Below, piece after piece: positions 54,960 to 64,000 of a stretch of 64,000 nt of DNA. Both the position numbers and the translations under genes were made by a program. The notes beneath the pieces are model-generated. The model saw only the letters and a program-made list of their open reading frames with translations. It was not told the DNA's origin and made no database searches. Each line of letters opens with the position of its first letter. The first letter of the stretch is position 1. The DNA comes from an uncultured Bacteroidia bacterium (lineage in GTDB: Bacteria > Bacteroidota > Bacteroidia > J057 > CALLMJ01), in the NCBI GenBank assembly GCA_964493765.1, contig CAZBPK010000131.1, forward strand, positions 19,875 through 83,874, written 5' to 3'.

Positions 54960-57008
54960 ATGAAAAATACCAAGTTATTTTATTGGATAGGTCTTATCAG
55001 TTTAATGATAAGTTGTAATTCTACAAAAAATGAAAATACTACACCTGAAAAATTTGAATTTGTTGCAGACCGATTCGCAGATATTCAGGTTTTACGTTAT
55101 AAAATTGATGGTTTTGAAAAATTAACACCTCAACAAAAAGAACTGGTTTATTACCTTTATGAAGCAGGGCTTTCTGGTAGAGATATCATTTGGGACCAAC
55201 ACTATAAACATAATTTAGCCATTAGAAAAACTTTGGAAGCTATTATTTCTCATTTTCAAGGGGATAAAAATTCTGATGACTATCAAAAATTTATGACTTA
55301 TGCTAAAAGAGTTTTCTTTTCTAATGGAATTCATCATCATTATGATAACTTCAAAATTATACCAGAATGTTCACAAGAATTTTTTCAATCGTTAATAGAA
55401 AAAACGCCAGATGATGCTTTACCAAAAGATTTTGGTGATAAAAAATCTTTTACAGAATTCATTCTTAATGAAATTTACAATCCAAAAGTTGCTGCACTAA
55501 AAATTAATCAAGATATAAAACAAGATATTGTTGCTACTTCATCAGTAAATTTTTATGAAGGATTAACTCAGAAAGAAGTAGAAGCTTATTATAGCAAAGT
55601 TATTGATCCCAAAGATCCACGACCCATTTCTTATGGATTAAATTCTAAGTTGGTAAAAGAAAATGGTAAAATTGTTGAAAAAGTATGGAAAGTTGGTGGT
55701 ATGTATTCACCGGCAATTGAAAAAATTGTATATTGGTTAGAAAAAGCAGTGAATGTTGCTGAAAATGATATTCAAAAGCAAGCTTTTCAAAAATTAATTG
55801 AGTATTACAAAACGGGTGATTTGAAAAAATTTGATGAGTATAATATTTTATGGGTTCAAGATACATCAGGGGTTGTTGATGCGATTAATGGCTTTATTGA
55901 GGTTTATAATGATCCATTAGGTTATAGAGGAAGTTATGAATCCGTAGTTTCCATAAAAGATTTTGAAACTAGCAAAAGAATTGCAGCTATTGCAAAAGAA
56001 GCTCAATATTTTGAGGATAATTCTCCTATTTTGCCTCAACACAAAAAGAAAAATGTAACAGGAATTTCTGCAAAAGTGATTACTGTCGTTGGTGAGTCTG
56101 GCGATGCATCTCCATCTACACCCATAGGTATTAATTTACCCAATGCCGATTGGATTCGTAAAGAACATGGTTCAAAATCCGTAAACCTTGGCAATATTGT
56201 TGATGCTTATGACAACTCTGCCGCAGGAAATGGTATGTTAGAAGAATTTTGTTTCTCTAAAGAAGAAATTGATTTAGCTAAAAAATATGCTAATTATTCC
56301 GATAAACTTCATACGGATATGCACGAAGTGATTGGTCATGCTTCGGGTCAATTAGAAGATGGAGTAGATATTCCCGCTAAAACGCTTAAAAATTATGCCT
56401 CTACCCTAGAAGAAGCTCGTGCTGATTTAGTTGCTCTGTATTTTATGTATGATGATAAACTCATTCAAATGGGTATCATGGAAAGTAAAGACGTAGCTAA
56501 AGCTGAGTACGATAAATACATTCGTAACGGTTTAATGACTCAATTAGTGAGAATTAAACTGGGTAATAACCTTGAAGAAGCTCACATGAGAAATCGTCAA
56601 TTAGTTGCAAAATGGGTTTTTGAAAAAGGACAAAAAGAAAATGTAATTGAAAAAGTCAAAAAAGATGGAAAAACCTATTTCGTTGTTCGTGATTATGAAA
56701 AACTTAGAGTTCTTTTCGGTGAATTGTTAAAAGAAATACAAAGAATTAAATCTCAAGGTGATTTTAAAGCAGGACAAGCTCTAGTTGAAAATTATGGTGT
56801 TAAAATTGATCAAGAAATTCATAAAGAAGTACTTGAAAGATACTCTAAACTCAATATTGCACCTTATAGAGGTTTTATTAATCCTAAATTAGTTCCAGTA
56901 AAAGAGGGTGATAAAATTAAAGATGTAAAAATAGAATATCCCAAAGACTTCTTACAGCAAATGCTTGAATACGGTAACAATTATGGTGTTTTACCTGTAA
57001 AAAATTAA
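54960..57008 (+). CDS. Dipeptidyl-peptidase III-like M49 metallopeptidase, lipoprotein
   Basis: Lipobox LMISC after MKNTKLFYWIGLIS. M49 zinc motifs HEVIGH and EEARAD. Confidence 0.8.
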   Translation: MKNTKLFYWIGLISLMISCNSTKNENTTPEKFEFVADRFADIQVLRYKIDGFEKLTPQQKELVYYLYEAGLSGRDIIWDQHYKHNLAIRKTLEAIISHFQGDKNSDDYQKFMTYAKRVFFSNGIHHHYDNFKIIPECSQEFFQSLIEKTPDDALPKDFGDKKSFTEFILNEIYNPKVAALKINQDIKQDIVATSSVNFYEGLTQKEVEAYYSKVIDPKDPRPISYGLNSKLVKENGKIVEKVWKVGGMYSPAIEKIVYWLEKAVNVAENDIQKQAFQKLIEYYKTGDLKKFDEYNILWVQDTSGVVDAINGFIEVYNDPLGYRGSYESVVSIKDFETSKRIAAIAKEAQYFEDNSPILPQHKKKNVTGISAKVITVVGESGDASPSTPIGINLPNADWIRKEHGSKSVNLGNIVDAYDNSAAGNGMLEEFCFSKEEIDLAKKYANYSDKLHTDMHEVIGHASGQLEDGVDIPAKTLKNYASTLEEARADLVALYFMYDDKLIQMGIMESKDVAKAEYDKYIRNGLMTQLVRIKLGNNLEEAHMRNRQLVAKWVFEKGQKENVIEKVKKDGKTYFVVRDYEKLRVLFGELLKEIQRIKSQGDFKAGQALVENYGVKIDQEIHKEVLERYSKLNIAPYRGFINPKLVPVKEGDKIKDVKIEYPKDFLQQMLEYGNNYGVLPVKN

Positions 57009-57029
57009 CTTTTCATTATATTTGAACAT

Positions 57030-57063
57030 ATTACAGACTTTAGTAGTAACTAAAGTCTGTAAT
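57030..57063 (+). terminator. Stem-loop terminator after the M49 peptidase gene
   Basis: 14-bp perfect stem ATTACAGACTTTAG-tagtaa-CTAAAGTCTGTAAT followed by ATTTT, 22 nt after the stop. Confidence 0.6.
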
Positions 57064-57114
57064 ATTTTAGAGACCAATAGATTAAAAAAATATTTACTTT
57101 TCCTATTTTTTTAG

Positions 57115-57122
57115 TATTTTTG
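57115..57122 (+). promoter_or_regulatory. -7 promoter box TAttTTTG
   Basis: 5 nt upstream of ATG 57127. Implies a leaderless mtaB transcript. Confidence 0.4.
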
Positions 57123-57126
57123 CCTA

Positions 57127-58455
57127 ATGTTTGAACATTTACAAGTTGCCTTTCATACTTTAGGATGTAAATTAAATTTTTCAGAAACCTCAACATTAAT
57201 TCGTCAATTTGAGGAAAAAAAATTTCAAATTACAAATTTTGATTTATTTGCAGATGTATATGTAATAAATACTTGTTCTGTTACAGAAAATGCAGACAAA
57301 GAATGCCAAAAATTGGTTCGTAAAGTTTTACGTCAAAACCCGAATGCTTATATTATCATTACAGGTTGTTACGCACAGTTAAAACCTGAGGAGATTTCTC
57401 AGATTGATGGTGTTGATATGGTTTTGGGTGCAAAAGAAAAATTTCATTTATTTGAAATTATACAATCTTTTGAAAAACGTGATTACGGGCATACTTTTGT
57501 AGGTGGTTTAGAAGATTTGAATGAATTTAAACCTTCTTTTTCCTCCGAAGAAAGAACAAGAGCTTTTTTAAAAGTTCAAGATGGTTGCGACTATCCATGT
57601 ACCTATTGTACCATTCCTTTGGCAAGAGGAAAAAGTAGAAGCCCTTATATTTCACAGATTTTAGAACTTGCACAAAAAATTATTGATAATGGTCATCAAG
57701 AAATCGTATTGACAGGTGTAAATGTTGGAGATTTTTATAATGATAAAAAAGAAACTTTTTTTGATTTAATTCAAGCATTGGATAAATTAAACATTCCAAG
57801 AATAAGAATTTCCTCTATCGAGCCCAATTTATTGACAAACGAAATTATAGAGTTTGTGGCTCAATCTAATCATTTTATGCCTCATTTTCATATTCCCCTA
57901 CAAAGTGGAAGCCCTAAAATATTACGATTAATGAAAAGACGATATAAACGTGAAGTTTACGAAAGTAGAGTAGTAAAAATTAAAGAAATAATGCCTCATG
58001 CTTGTATCGGTGTGGATGTGATTGTAGGATTTCCTGAGGAAAACAATGAGAATTTTCAAGAAACTTATGAATTTTTGCATGAACTTCCTGTAAGTTATTT
58101 TCATGTTTTTAGTTATTCCAAAAGAGCCAATACAGAAGCCTCAGCAATGCCCAATCATGTTCCTAATTCCATTAAAAATGAAAGAAGTAAAGTTTTAAGA
58201 AATCTATCAGAAAAAAAACGCCATGAATTTGCCACTCAATTTTTGAATACAGAGAGAGAGGTTTTAGTTGAAGGTAAAATATCTAATGGTAAAGTCATGG
58301 GACATACCGATAATTATTTAAAAGTTTGGTTGCCTAAAAATTATGAAGGTATTCAAAAAGTAAAATTAGTCAAACATATTGAAAGTGATTCTTTTGAGGG
58401 AGAAATTATCCACAAATCAAACTTAATAGAAAAAAATATCGTTAATTCGCTATAA
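57127..58455 (+). CDS. mtaB: tRNA t6A37 methylthiotransferase (radical SAM, MiaB-like)
   Basis: N-terminal UPF0004 Cys triad (GCKLN, NTCSV, GC), radical SAM motif CDYPCTYC, and a C-terminal TRAM-like domain. Confidence 0.85.
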   Translation: MFEHLQVAFHTLGCKLNFSETSTLIRQFEEKKFQITNFDLFADVYVINTCSVTENADKECQKLVRKVLRQNPNAYIIITGCYAQLKPEEISQIDGVDMVLGAKEKFHLFEIIQSFEKRDYGHTFVGGLEDLNEFKPSFSSEERTRAFLKVQDGCDYPCTYCTIPLARGKSRSPYISQILELAQKIIDNGHQEIVLTGVNVGDFYNDKKETFFDLIQALDKLNIPRIRISSIEPNLLTNEIIEFVAQSNHFMPHFHIPLQSGSPKILRLMKRRYKREVYESRVVKIKEIMPHACIGVDVIVGFPEENNENFQETYEFLHELPVSYFHVFSYSKRANTEASAMPNHVPNSIKNERSKVLRNLSEKKRHEFATQFLNTEREVLVEGKISNGKVMGHTDNYLKVWLPKNYEGIQKVKLVKHIESDSFEGEIIHKSNLIEKNIVNSL

Positions 58456-58462
58456 TTTTTAT

Positions 58463-59107
58463 ATGGAAACTGGAATATTACATTCTCATCATTTAGTCGT
58501 TGTAATTTATACACTTTTTGTTTTACTCAATTTCATAGTAGTTTTAGCAAAAAGAAGAAACGCATTATTAGCCATCAAAGCAAAAACAAGAATCATTAGA
58601 GTAATTTTTGAAGTATTGTTATTGGGTACGGGAATTTTCTTGATGGTAAAGTCTCCCGCAGGTTTATCGGATTACATCATTGTAAAATGGGTTGCTTTAA
58701 TTTTGGGAATAGTATTTTTTATCATAGGAACCAAAAAAATGAATGCTGTATTAATGTTTCTTTCTACGTTAATGTTTGTTTATACATACTTTTTGGGCAG
58801 CACAAGAGACATTATATTAAAACCTGAAGAAATGCGTGTTCATGAGGCTTATTTAGCTGCTCCTGACGAACAAACAAAAGGTAAAGATATTTACACAATT
58901 GCTTGTTTAAGATGCCATGGTGAAGATGGAAAAGCTGGATTTCGAAAAGCTAAGAATTTAGCCATTAGTGAATTAAATAATGATGCCATTGCAGGTTACA
59001 TCAAAATGGGTCGTGGAATTATGCCTTCTTATAGTTACATGAAAGAGGAAGAAATTCAAGTTTTAGTTCAATATGTTAACAGTTTAAAAGATTTAGACAA
59101 AAAGTAA
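58463..59107 (+). CDS. Membrane protein (4 TM, SirB-like) fused to a C-terminal class I cytochrome c domain
   Basis: Four hydrophobic helices, then the CLRCHG heme-binding CxxCH motif and a distal Met (GIMPSY). Confidence 0.7.
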   Translation: METGILHSHHLVVVIYTLFVLLNFIVVLAKRRNALLAIKAKTRIIRVIFEVLLLGTGIFLMVKSPAGLSDYIIVKWVALILGIVFFIIGTKKMNAVLMFLSTLMFVYTYFLGSTRDIILKPEEMRVHEAYLAAPDEQTKGKDIYTIACLRCHGEDGKAGFRKAKNLAISELNNDAIAGYIKMGRGIMPSYSYMKEEEIQVLVQYVNSLKDLDKK

Positions 59108-59112
59108 ACTTT

Positions 59113-60102
59113 ATGATAGCAGTTATACCTGTTGCTGGTGCAGGCACTCACATGCGTCCACATACACATACACAACCTAAACCTCTTATACCAGTTGCTG
59201 GAGAACCTATCTTAGGTCATATCATAAAAAATTTACATCAAGCTGGAATTCATGATTTTATTTTTATAGTTGGTTACTTAGGAGACAAAATTAAGTCTTA
59301 TATTGAAAACCACTTCAAAAATATTATCAATTACGAATTTGTTGTTCAAGAACCACGTTTAGGTTTAGCTCATGCTATTTCTGTTTGTGAAAATTTACTA
59401 ATCCATCAAAACGAGTTCATTATTTCTTTAGGTGATATTATAGTTGATGCTGATTTTCAAGAAATTATCAATTATGATGGTAATTTAATCACTTTAAATA
59501 CTGTCAATAATCCTTGTGATTATGGTATCGCAGTAGTTGATGAATATAATCGTGTAATTCATTTAGCAGAAAAACCCAAAATTCCGAAAAGTAATTTAGC
59601 CTTAGTAGGAATTTATAAAATCAAAGATGTGAAAGAGTTTTTCTTGGGTATAAAAGAAATCCTGCAAACTAAAAATCATGGAGAATATCATTTAACAGAT
59701 GTCCTAACTTATATGGTAAATAAGGGCAAATCCATACAAGGTTATAAAGTAAATAATTGGTATGATTGTGGAAAAAAGGAAGCATTACTTCAGTCTAATC
59801 GTTTGTTAATGAAAAATTTACCTAGTTTTACTTATCCAACTCATATTAATTCTGTAATTATTCCACCCGTAACTATTCACCAGTCAGCTTTAATTGAAGA
59901 TTCTATTATAGGACCTTTTGTTGCCATCGGAGAAAATGCTGTGGTTAAAAAATCTATAGTAGAAGATGCAATTATTGGTTCTTTCGCTACTTTAGATAGA
60001 ATTATTCTAAAAAATTCTATAGTTGGGAATGATTCTAGTTTAAAAGGTCGTTCTCAATCCGTGAATATTGGAGATAGTACTGAAATCAATTTTAATGATT
60101 AA
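59113..60102 (+). CDS. Sugar-phosphate nucleotidyltransferase with C-terminal left-handed beta-helix
   Basis: N-terminal IPVAGAGTHMRP...KPL signature. C-terminal hexapeptide-like repeats (IIGPFVAIGENAVV, IIGSFATL, IVGNDSSL). Confidence 0.75.
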   Translation: MIAVIPVAGAGTHMRPHTHTQPKPLIPVAGEPILGHIIKNLHQAGIHDFIFIVGYLGDKIKSYIENHFKNIINYEFVVQEPRLGLAHAISVCENLLIHQNEFIISLGDIIVDADFQEIINYDGNLITLNTVNNPCDYGIAVVDEYNRVIHLAEKPKIPKSNLALVGIYKIKDVKEFFLGIKEILQTKNHGEYHLTDVLTYMVNKGKSIQGYKVNNWYDCGKKEALLQSNRLLMKNLPSFTYPTHINSVIIPPVTIHQSALIEDSIIGPFVAIGENAVVKKSIVEDAIIGSFATLDRIILKNSIVGNDSSLKGRSQSVNIGDSTEINFND

Positions 60103-60128
60103 GAAAGATTTTTTAATTTTGCTTTTTT

Positions 60129-60548
60129 ATGAGTTTTGTTTCCGATATAGATAAACAATTTTATCACCTTGAAGGTGAAGTATTGGCTTTTCAATTAGAA
60201 AGCCAATACACGCTTTTTAAAATTATAAAAATTGACACAATACCTTTAAAAAAAGGCAAAACTTATAATATAGCTGGAATTGAATTAATTGCTCCAGAAG
60301 ATGATTTTTTTATTTGTGTTGCAATAAATATAGCTAAAACCCAATTTCAGACCTTAGAAGAAGCATCACTAGCACTAAAAAACGGTGAAGTAGAGTGGGT
60401 TTTGCAAATGTCTCCTATGAGACCTAGCGGTATTTATTCAACACCTATTTACAAAACCCAACAATTTGTAAAAGTTTTGGAAGAGGAAATTCATGCTTTT
60501 GAAATGTGGAAATTAGAATTTTCAAATGGAAAAGCAGGGGTATGGTAA
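60129..60548 (+). CDS. Hypothetical protein
   Basis: 139-aa ORF in an operon context. No motif recognised. Confidence 0.45.
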   Translation: MSFVSDIDKQFYHLEGEVLAFQLESQYTLFKIIKIDTIPLKKGKTYNIAGIELIAPEDDFFICVAINIAKTQFQTLEEASLALKNGEVEWVLQMSPMRPSGIYSTPIYKTQQFVKVLEEEIHAFEMWKLEFSNGKAGVW

Positions 60549-61768
60549 ATCTTAATATCTATTTACAATACTTTAAAGATCAATCACTTGCAAACCAAAT
60601 TGCAATGATAAGTTCTATTCTTTTGGTAATAGGATTATCAACTTCTCCTGCATTCATGAGCATTGGAAGTGCTGGCTTTATTCTAGCTTTATTGGTGGAT
60701 TTTAAAAAATTAAAAAATCATCTTTCTGAAATCAAATATCCCATATTCTGGGCTTTGTTTTTACTTTTTTTCCTCCATTTTATTCATTTTTCTTCCCAAA
60801 CTAACCAAAATCAATTATGGACAGAATTAAGAATCAAATTACCTTTTTTGCTTATACCTATTGGTTTTTTATTTTATAAACCTAAAAAACAAGATTTTAT
60901 AATTATTTCCTTTTTTTTCATAACTACCATAACCATTGCTTCATTTCTAACTCTTATAAATTACTTTCTTCATTTTGAGGAGATGAACCAAAGAATTTTA
61001 GAATCCAAAGAAATACCTGTTTTTACGAAAGTTACACATATTTATTTTAGTGTAATGTTAGCCTTTGCTATCTTATTAAGTTTTTATTTATACCAACTTT
61101 TGAATTCAAAAATTTATTTATATACGAGCTTATTTTTGTTTTTTTGTATTCATATTTTTACCTCTAGAACGGGCTTAGTAGCATTTTATTTTTCGGCTTT
61201 TGTCAGTTTTCTATATTATATAGTAAAAAATAAAAAATTTTTAATAGGCATAATAGGAATTTTTTTGATTATTATTTTACCGATTACAGCATATTTTGTG
61301 CTTCCTTCTTTTAAAAATCGTGTTTTAAATACCTATGAAGATATTCAAAGATACTACAATAAAGGGGATATTAACCACCGTTCAATTTCTATGAGATTAG
61401 TCGCATGGGAAATGTCCTACCATACTTTTCGAAAAAATCCCTTTCTGGGTGTTGGAATGGAAAATATTAGTCAAAAAATTTATGAGGAATATTCTAAAAA
61501 TTCAGTTAATTTGAAAGAAGAAAATTGGCTTCATGATGTACATAATCAATTTTTAGAGTATTTATTAGGATTGGGATTATTGGGACTCAGTGTTTTTTTG
61601 TTTTGGTATTTTTATCCTCTGTTATTTATGCCTAATTACTTGTTAATCCAATTTTTATCAGTTTTTTTTGGAGCAATGTTTGCAGAATCCATGTTGGAGA
61701 GGCAGGTTGGAGTTTGCTTTGGTATTTTTTGGTATTATTTTTTAGTAACTGGAAATTTCTCAGATTAA
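60542..61768 (+). CDS. O-antigen ligase / Wzy_C-family polytopic membrane protein
   Basis: At least 10 TM helices, SRTGLVAF, and a periplasmic loop with HDVHNQFLEYLLGLGLLG. ATG 60542 (ATGGTAA overlap) is preferred over the track start 60506. Confidence 0.7.
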   Translation: MVNLNIYLQYFKDQSLANQIAMISSILLVIGLSTSPAFMSIGSAGFILALLVDFKKLKNHLSEIKYPIFWALFLLFFLHFIHFSSQTNQNQLWTELRIKLPFLLIPIGFLFYKPKKQDFIIISFFFITTITIASFLTLINYFLHFEEMNQRILESKEIPVFTKVTHIYFSVMLAFAILLSFYLYQLLNSKIYLYTSLFLFFCIHIFTSRTGLVAFYFSAFVSFLYYIVKNKKFLIGIIGIFLIIILPITAYFVLPSFKNRVLNTYEDIQRYYNKGDINHRSISMRLVAWEMSYHTFRKNPFLGVGMENISQKIYEEYSKNSVNLKEENWLHDVHNQFLEYLLGLGLLGLSVFLFWYFYPLLFMPNYLLIQFLSVFFGAMFAESMLERQVGVCFGIFWYYFLVTGNFSD

Positions 61769-61806
61769 ATAGTTCATTTATAGTTCATTTATAGTTCATT
61801 TATAGT
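61769..61806. repeat. 11-bp tandem repeat (ATAGTTCATTT x3.4)
   Basis: Three perfect units plus 5 nt, directly after the stop codon at 61766-61768. Confidence 0.9.
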
Positions 61807-61886
61807 AGCTTCAATTTCTATTCATTTTTAAACTTAAAAACTCGTATCCATTCTGTCTTTCAAATTATTTTGATTTTGTTAATTGA

Positions 61887-61894
61887 TAAATTTG
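61887..61894 (+). promoter_or_regulatory. -7 promoter box TAaaTTTG
   Basis: 24 nt upstream of ATG 61918. It lies inside the ORF-track extension from 61870. Confidence 0.4.
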
Positions 61895-61917
61895 TATATT
61901 TAACTAATTTTACATTC

Positions 61918-62766
61918 ATGTTAAAATCCTTTCTCACAATTTTTCTATTGGCTTTTCAACTATTATATTCACAATCAAAACTTTATACCAAAGAGGAACT
62001 TTTCAAGGCTCCTAGATTTATTCGTATTAAAGACGCCTTGAAAATGCCTGAAAAAGCTTGGAGATTAGATTTGAGTTATCATGAACTAACCGAAGTTTCT
62101 GAAGATATCCAAAATATTACAGAATTACAATGGCTTAATCTTTCCCGAAATCGTATAAAGTTTTTACCTAATGCTATCGGAAAATGTACAAATCTTCAAT
62201 ACTTGGAAATGGATTTTAATGATATTCAGAAAGTTCCTTCATCATTTTGTGATTTAGTTCATTTAAAAGAACTGTTAATGAATAACAACCAAATGGTCAT
62301 TTTACCAGAATGTGTTAAAAACTTTCAAAATCTTGAAATTTGGGATTTAAGTTATAATTATTTGCAGTTTTTGCCTGATGGAATAGGGGAACTGAAAAAT
62401 CTTAAAAAACTCAATTTAAGATTTAGTGGAATAGAAAAACTTCCTGAATCCATAGGAAATCTAGAAAATTTAGAATACCTTCATTTGGCGTCTAATAGAC
62501 TAACCTATCTGCCTAATTCTTTTAGTAATCTTAAAAAATTGAAATTTCTAGATTTAAGTTATAATCCTTTAAAGGAATTGCCCGTGAATTTTGCAAAATT
62601 AGAAAGTTTAGAAGAACTGATTATCCGAAATACTAAAATTACAAAATTTCCTGATTTTTCTTTGTTGAAGAATTTAAAAAAACTCGATTTAAAAGGGAAT
62701 GCACTTTCTAAATTAGAAATTCAAGAAATTCAGAAGCAAGTTCCTAATACAAAAATTATTTATTGA
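61918..62766 (+). CDS. Leucine-rich repeat protein with signal peptide (paralog of 12287-12796)
   Basis: MLKSFLTIFLLAFQLLYSQ signal peptide, then about 9 LxxLxLxxNxLxxLP repeats. Shares the LYSQ signal end and the ...VP(D/N) C-terminal tail with the other LRR gene. Confidence 0.8.
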   Translation: MLKSFLTIFLLAFQLLYSQSKLYTKEELFKAPRFIRIKDALKMPEKAWRLDLSYHELTEVSEDIQNITELQWLNLSRNRIKFLPNAIGKCTNLQYLEMDFNDIQKVPSSFCDLVHLKELLMNNNQMVILPECVKNFQNLEIWDLSYNYLQFLPDGIGELKNLKKLNLRFSGIEKLPESIGNLENLEYLHLASNRLTYLPNSFSNLKKLKFLDLSYNPLKELPVNFAKLESLEELIIRNTKITKFPDFSLLKNLKKLDLKGNALSKLEIQEIQKQVPNTKIIY

Positions 62767-62767
62767 T

Positions 62768-63856
62768 ATGCTCAAAATTAGTGGGAATAAAATTTATTGG
62801 AACAAAAAATTTCAGAAAGGCACTTTAATCAAAACAGAAAATGCGGCGGAATTTATTCCTGAAATTTTAGAGGGAGAATTTTATGAAGGTTTGATTTGCC
62901 CAGGTTTAGTGAATGCTCATTGCCATCTAGAACTTTCTCATTTAAAAAACGTTGCTCATCAAGTAAAGGGCAAAGGAATGGCTTTTTTTATTACTTGGGT
63001 ACAAAAAATGAGAAATCATTCATTAGATATTCAAGAAGAAGCGATACAAGATACTCTTGAAAGTTTTCAAAAAGAAGGAACCTTTTTTATCGGAGATATT
63101 TGTAATTCATTAGTTACTCAAAAGATAAAAAAAGAGTATCAGACTATATATTTTCGTAATTTTTGGGAAGTTTTTGGTTTAAATCCCGAAATATCAGAAG
63201 AAAAATGGCAACAAATTCAAGAAGATGCTCAAAAATTACAAGCTTTTATTAGTTTACATGCTCCATATAGCTGTTCAAAAAATTTAATAGAAAAGGTACA
63301 TAATTTATTGCCCAAGCTACAAAGCATTCATATGGCGGAGTCACAGGAAGAACTAGAATATTTCCGAGAGAACTCTTCAAAATTATGGAATACTTTTAAA
63401 ATCATGGGTATTCCTTCCGCTTTTTTAGAGCATAAGTTGCCTTTTTCTGAGGCTATACTTTCAAAAAAAACGAGGCAATATCTTTTGGTTCATAATGTAT
63501 TTTTGGATACTACCAAAATTTCTGAAGAGATTTTAGAACATTGTTATTTTTGTATTTGCCCAACTTCTAATATGTTTTTACATAACCAAACGATTTCTGA
63601 AGATTTTCTTCACTCTTGGAAACATAAAATTTGCTTGGGTACGGATAGTTATGCTTCTAATGATGAACTTTCTGTTTTGAAGGAAATGAATTACTGGAAA
63701 AAACTCGATAATGATGCTGAAAATATTGTTCTAATGGCAACTCATAATGGTTATAATGCTCTGCTAATTCCTGACGATGTTCTTCATAGTTACCTTAATA
63801 TTGTGCATATTTATGAAGACAAAAATTTCTTCCAAACTCAAGTTTTATGTGGATAG
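62768..63856 (+). CDS. Amidohydrolase-superfamily metal-dependent hydrolase (deaminase/chlorohydrolase-like)
   Basis: HxH motif (LVNAHCHLELSHL), with later His (SIHMAES) and Asp (LGTDSYASN) ligand motifs. Confidence 0.7.
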   Translation: MLKISGNKIYWNKKFQKGTLIKTENAAEFIPEILEGEFYEGLICPGLVNAHCHLELSHLKNVAHQVKGKGMAFFITWVQKMRNHSLDIQEEAIQDTLESFQKEGTFFIGDICNSLVTQKIKKEYQTIYFRNFWEVFGLNPEISEEKWQQIQEDAQKLQAFISLHAPYSCSKNLIEKVHNLLPKLQSIHMAESQEELEYFRENSSKLWNTFKIMGIPSAFLEHKLPFSEAILSKKTRQYLLVHNVFLDTTKISEEILEHCYFCICPTSNMFLHNQTISEDFLHSWKHKICLGTDSYASNDELSVLKEMNYWKKLDNDAENIVLMATHNGYNALLIPDDVLHSYLNIVHIYEDKNFFQTQVLCG

Positions 63857-64000
63857 TAATCTTTTTTGTTCCTGTTTTGTATTATTGTATTTATTTGATT
63901 TATCATACCCTTAAATTTATTGCTTATCAACCTAAATACATTGAAAATCAATTTTTTGTAAGTGTTATTATTCCCGTAAGAAATGAACAAAAGAATATCA
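63847..64000 (+). CDS. N-terminal fragment of a family 2 glycosyltransferase
   Basis: ATG 63847 overlaps the upstream stop. MWIVIFFVPVLYYCIYLIY (TM helix) is followed by VSVIIPVRNEQKNI, the typical GT2 start. Runs off the window. Confidence 0.6.
   Translation, partial: MWIVIFFVPVLYYCIYLIYHTLKFIAYQPKYIENQFFVSVIIPVRNEQKNI

Noticed and set aside
1-64000. Search for mobile elements, prophage, toxin-antitoxin, restriction-modification, CRISPR-Cas or other defence islands
   Set aside because: No transposase, integrase, phage structural, Cas, methyltransferase/endonuclease or small paired-gene modules were recognisable. The window reads as core chromosome around dnaA.

Overview
AT-rich (roughly 30% GC by eye) chromosomal window from a Bacteroidota-type genome. 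The phylum call rests on T9SS type A and type B C-terminal sorting domains, TAnnTTTG -7 promoter boxes close to start codons, a MurF-Alr fusion and bshA. The window spans dnaA. Twelve consecutive minus-strand genes (2647-13991) meet ten plus-strand genes (14247-22398) at the bshA/dnaA intergenic region, so the replication origin is probably here. Content is mostly housekeeping: nrdJ 3' end, ABC-F, queF, bshA, dnaA, fabD, tRNA-Arg(UCG), ftsY, lysS, dnaX, murF-alr, pnp, rpsO, radC, kdsA, dapF, ruvX, murQ and mtaB, plus LPS/envelope genes, TPR and LRR proteins, and one 2985-aa T9SS adhesin-like gene (31149-40106). No transposase, integrase, prophage, CRISPR array or recognisable defence system was found. 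Items worth a second look: (1) a five-copy, ~125-130 bp GC-rich structured element, always just downstream of a stop codon and co-oriented with that gene, with compensatory base changes between copies; (2) dnaX split at an A10 run, where the tau-specific C-terminus is readable only in the -1 frame; (3) a single-polypeptide AckA-PduL fusion; (4) a ~1 kb glycine-codon GC island and several tandem domain arrays inside the giant adhesin gene; (5) an FdtA-like / SerC-like / unknown overlapping three-gene operon.
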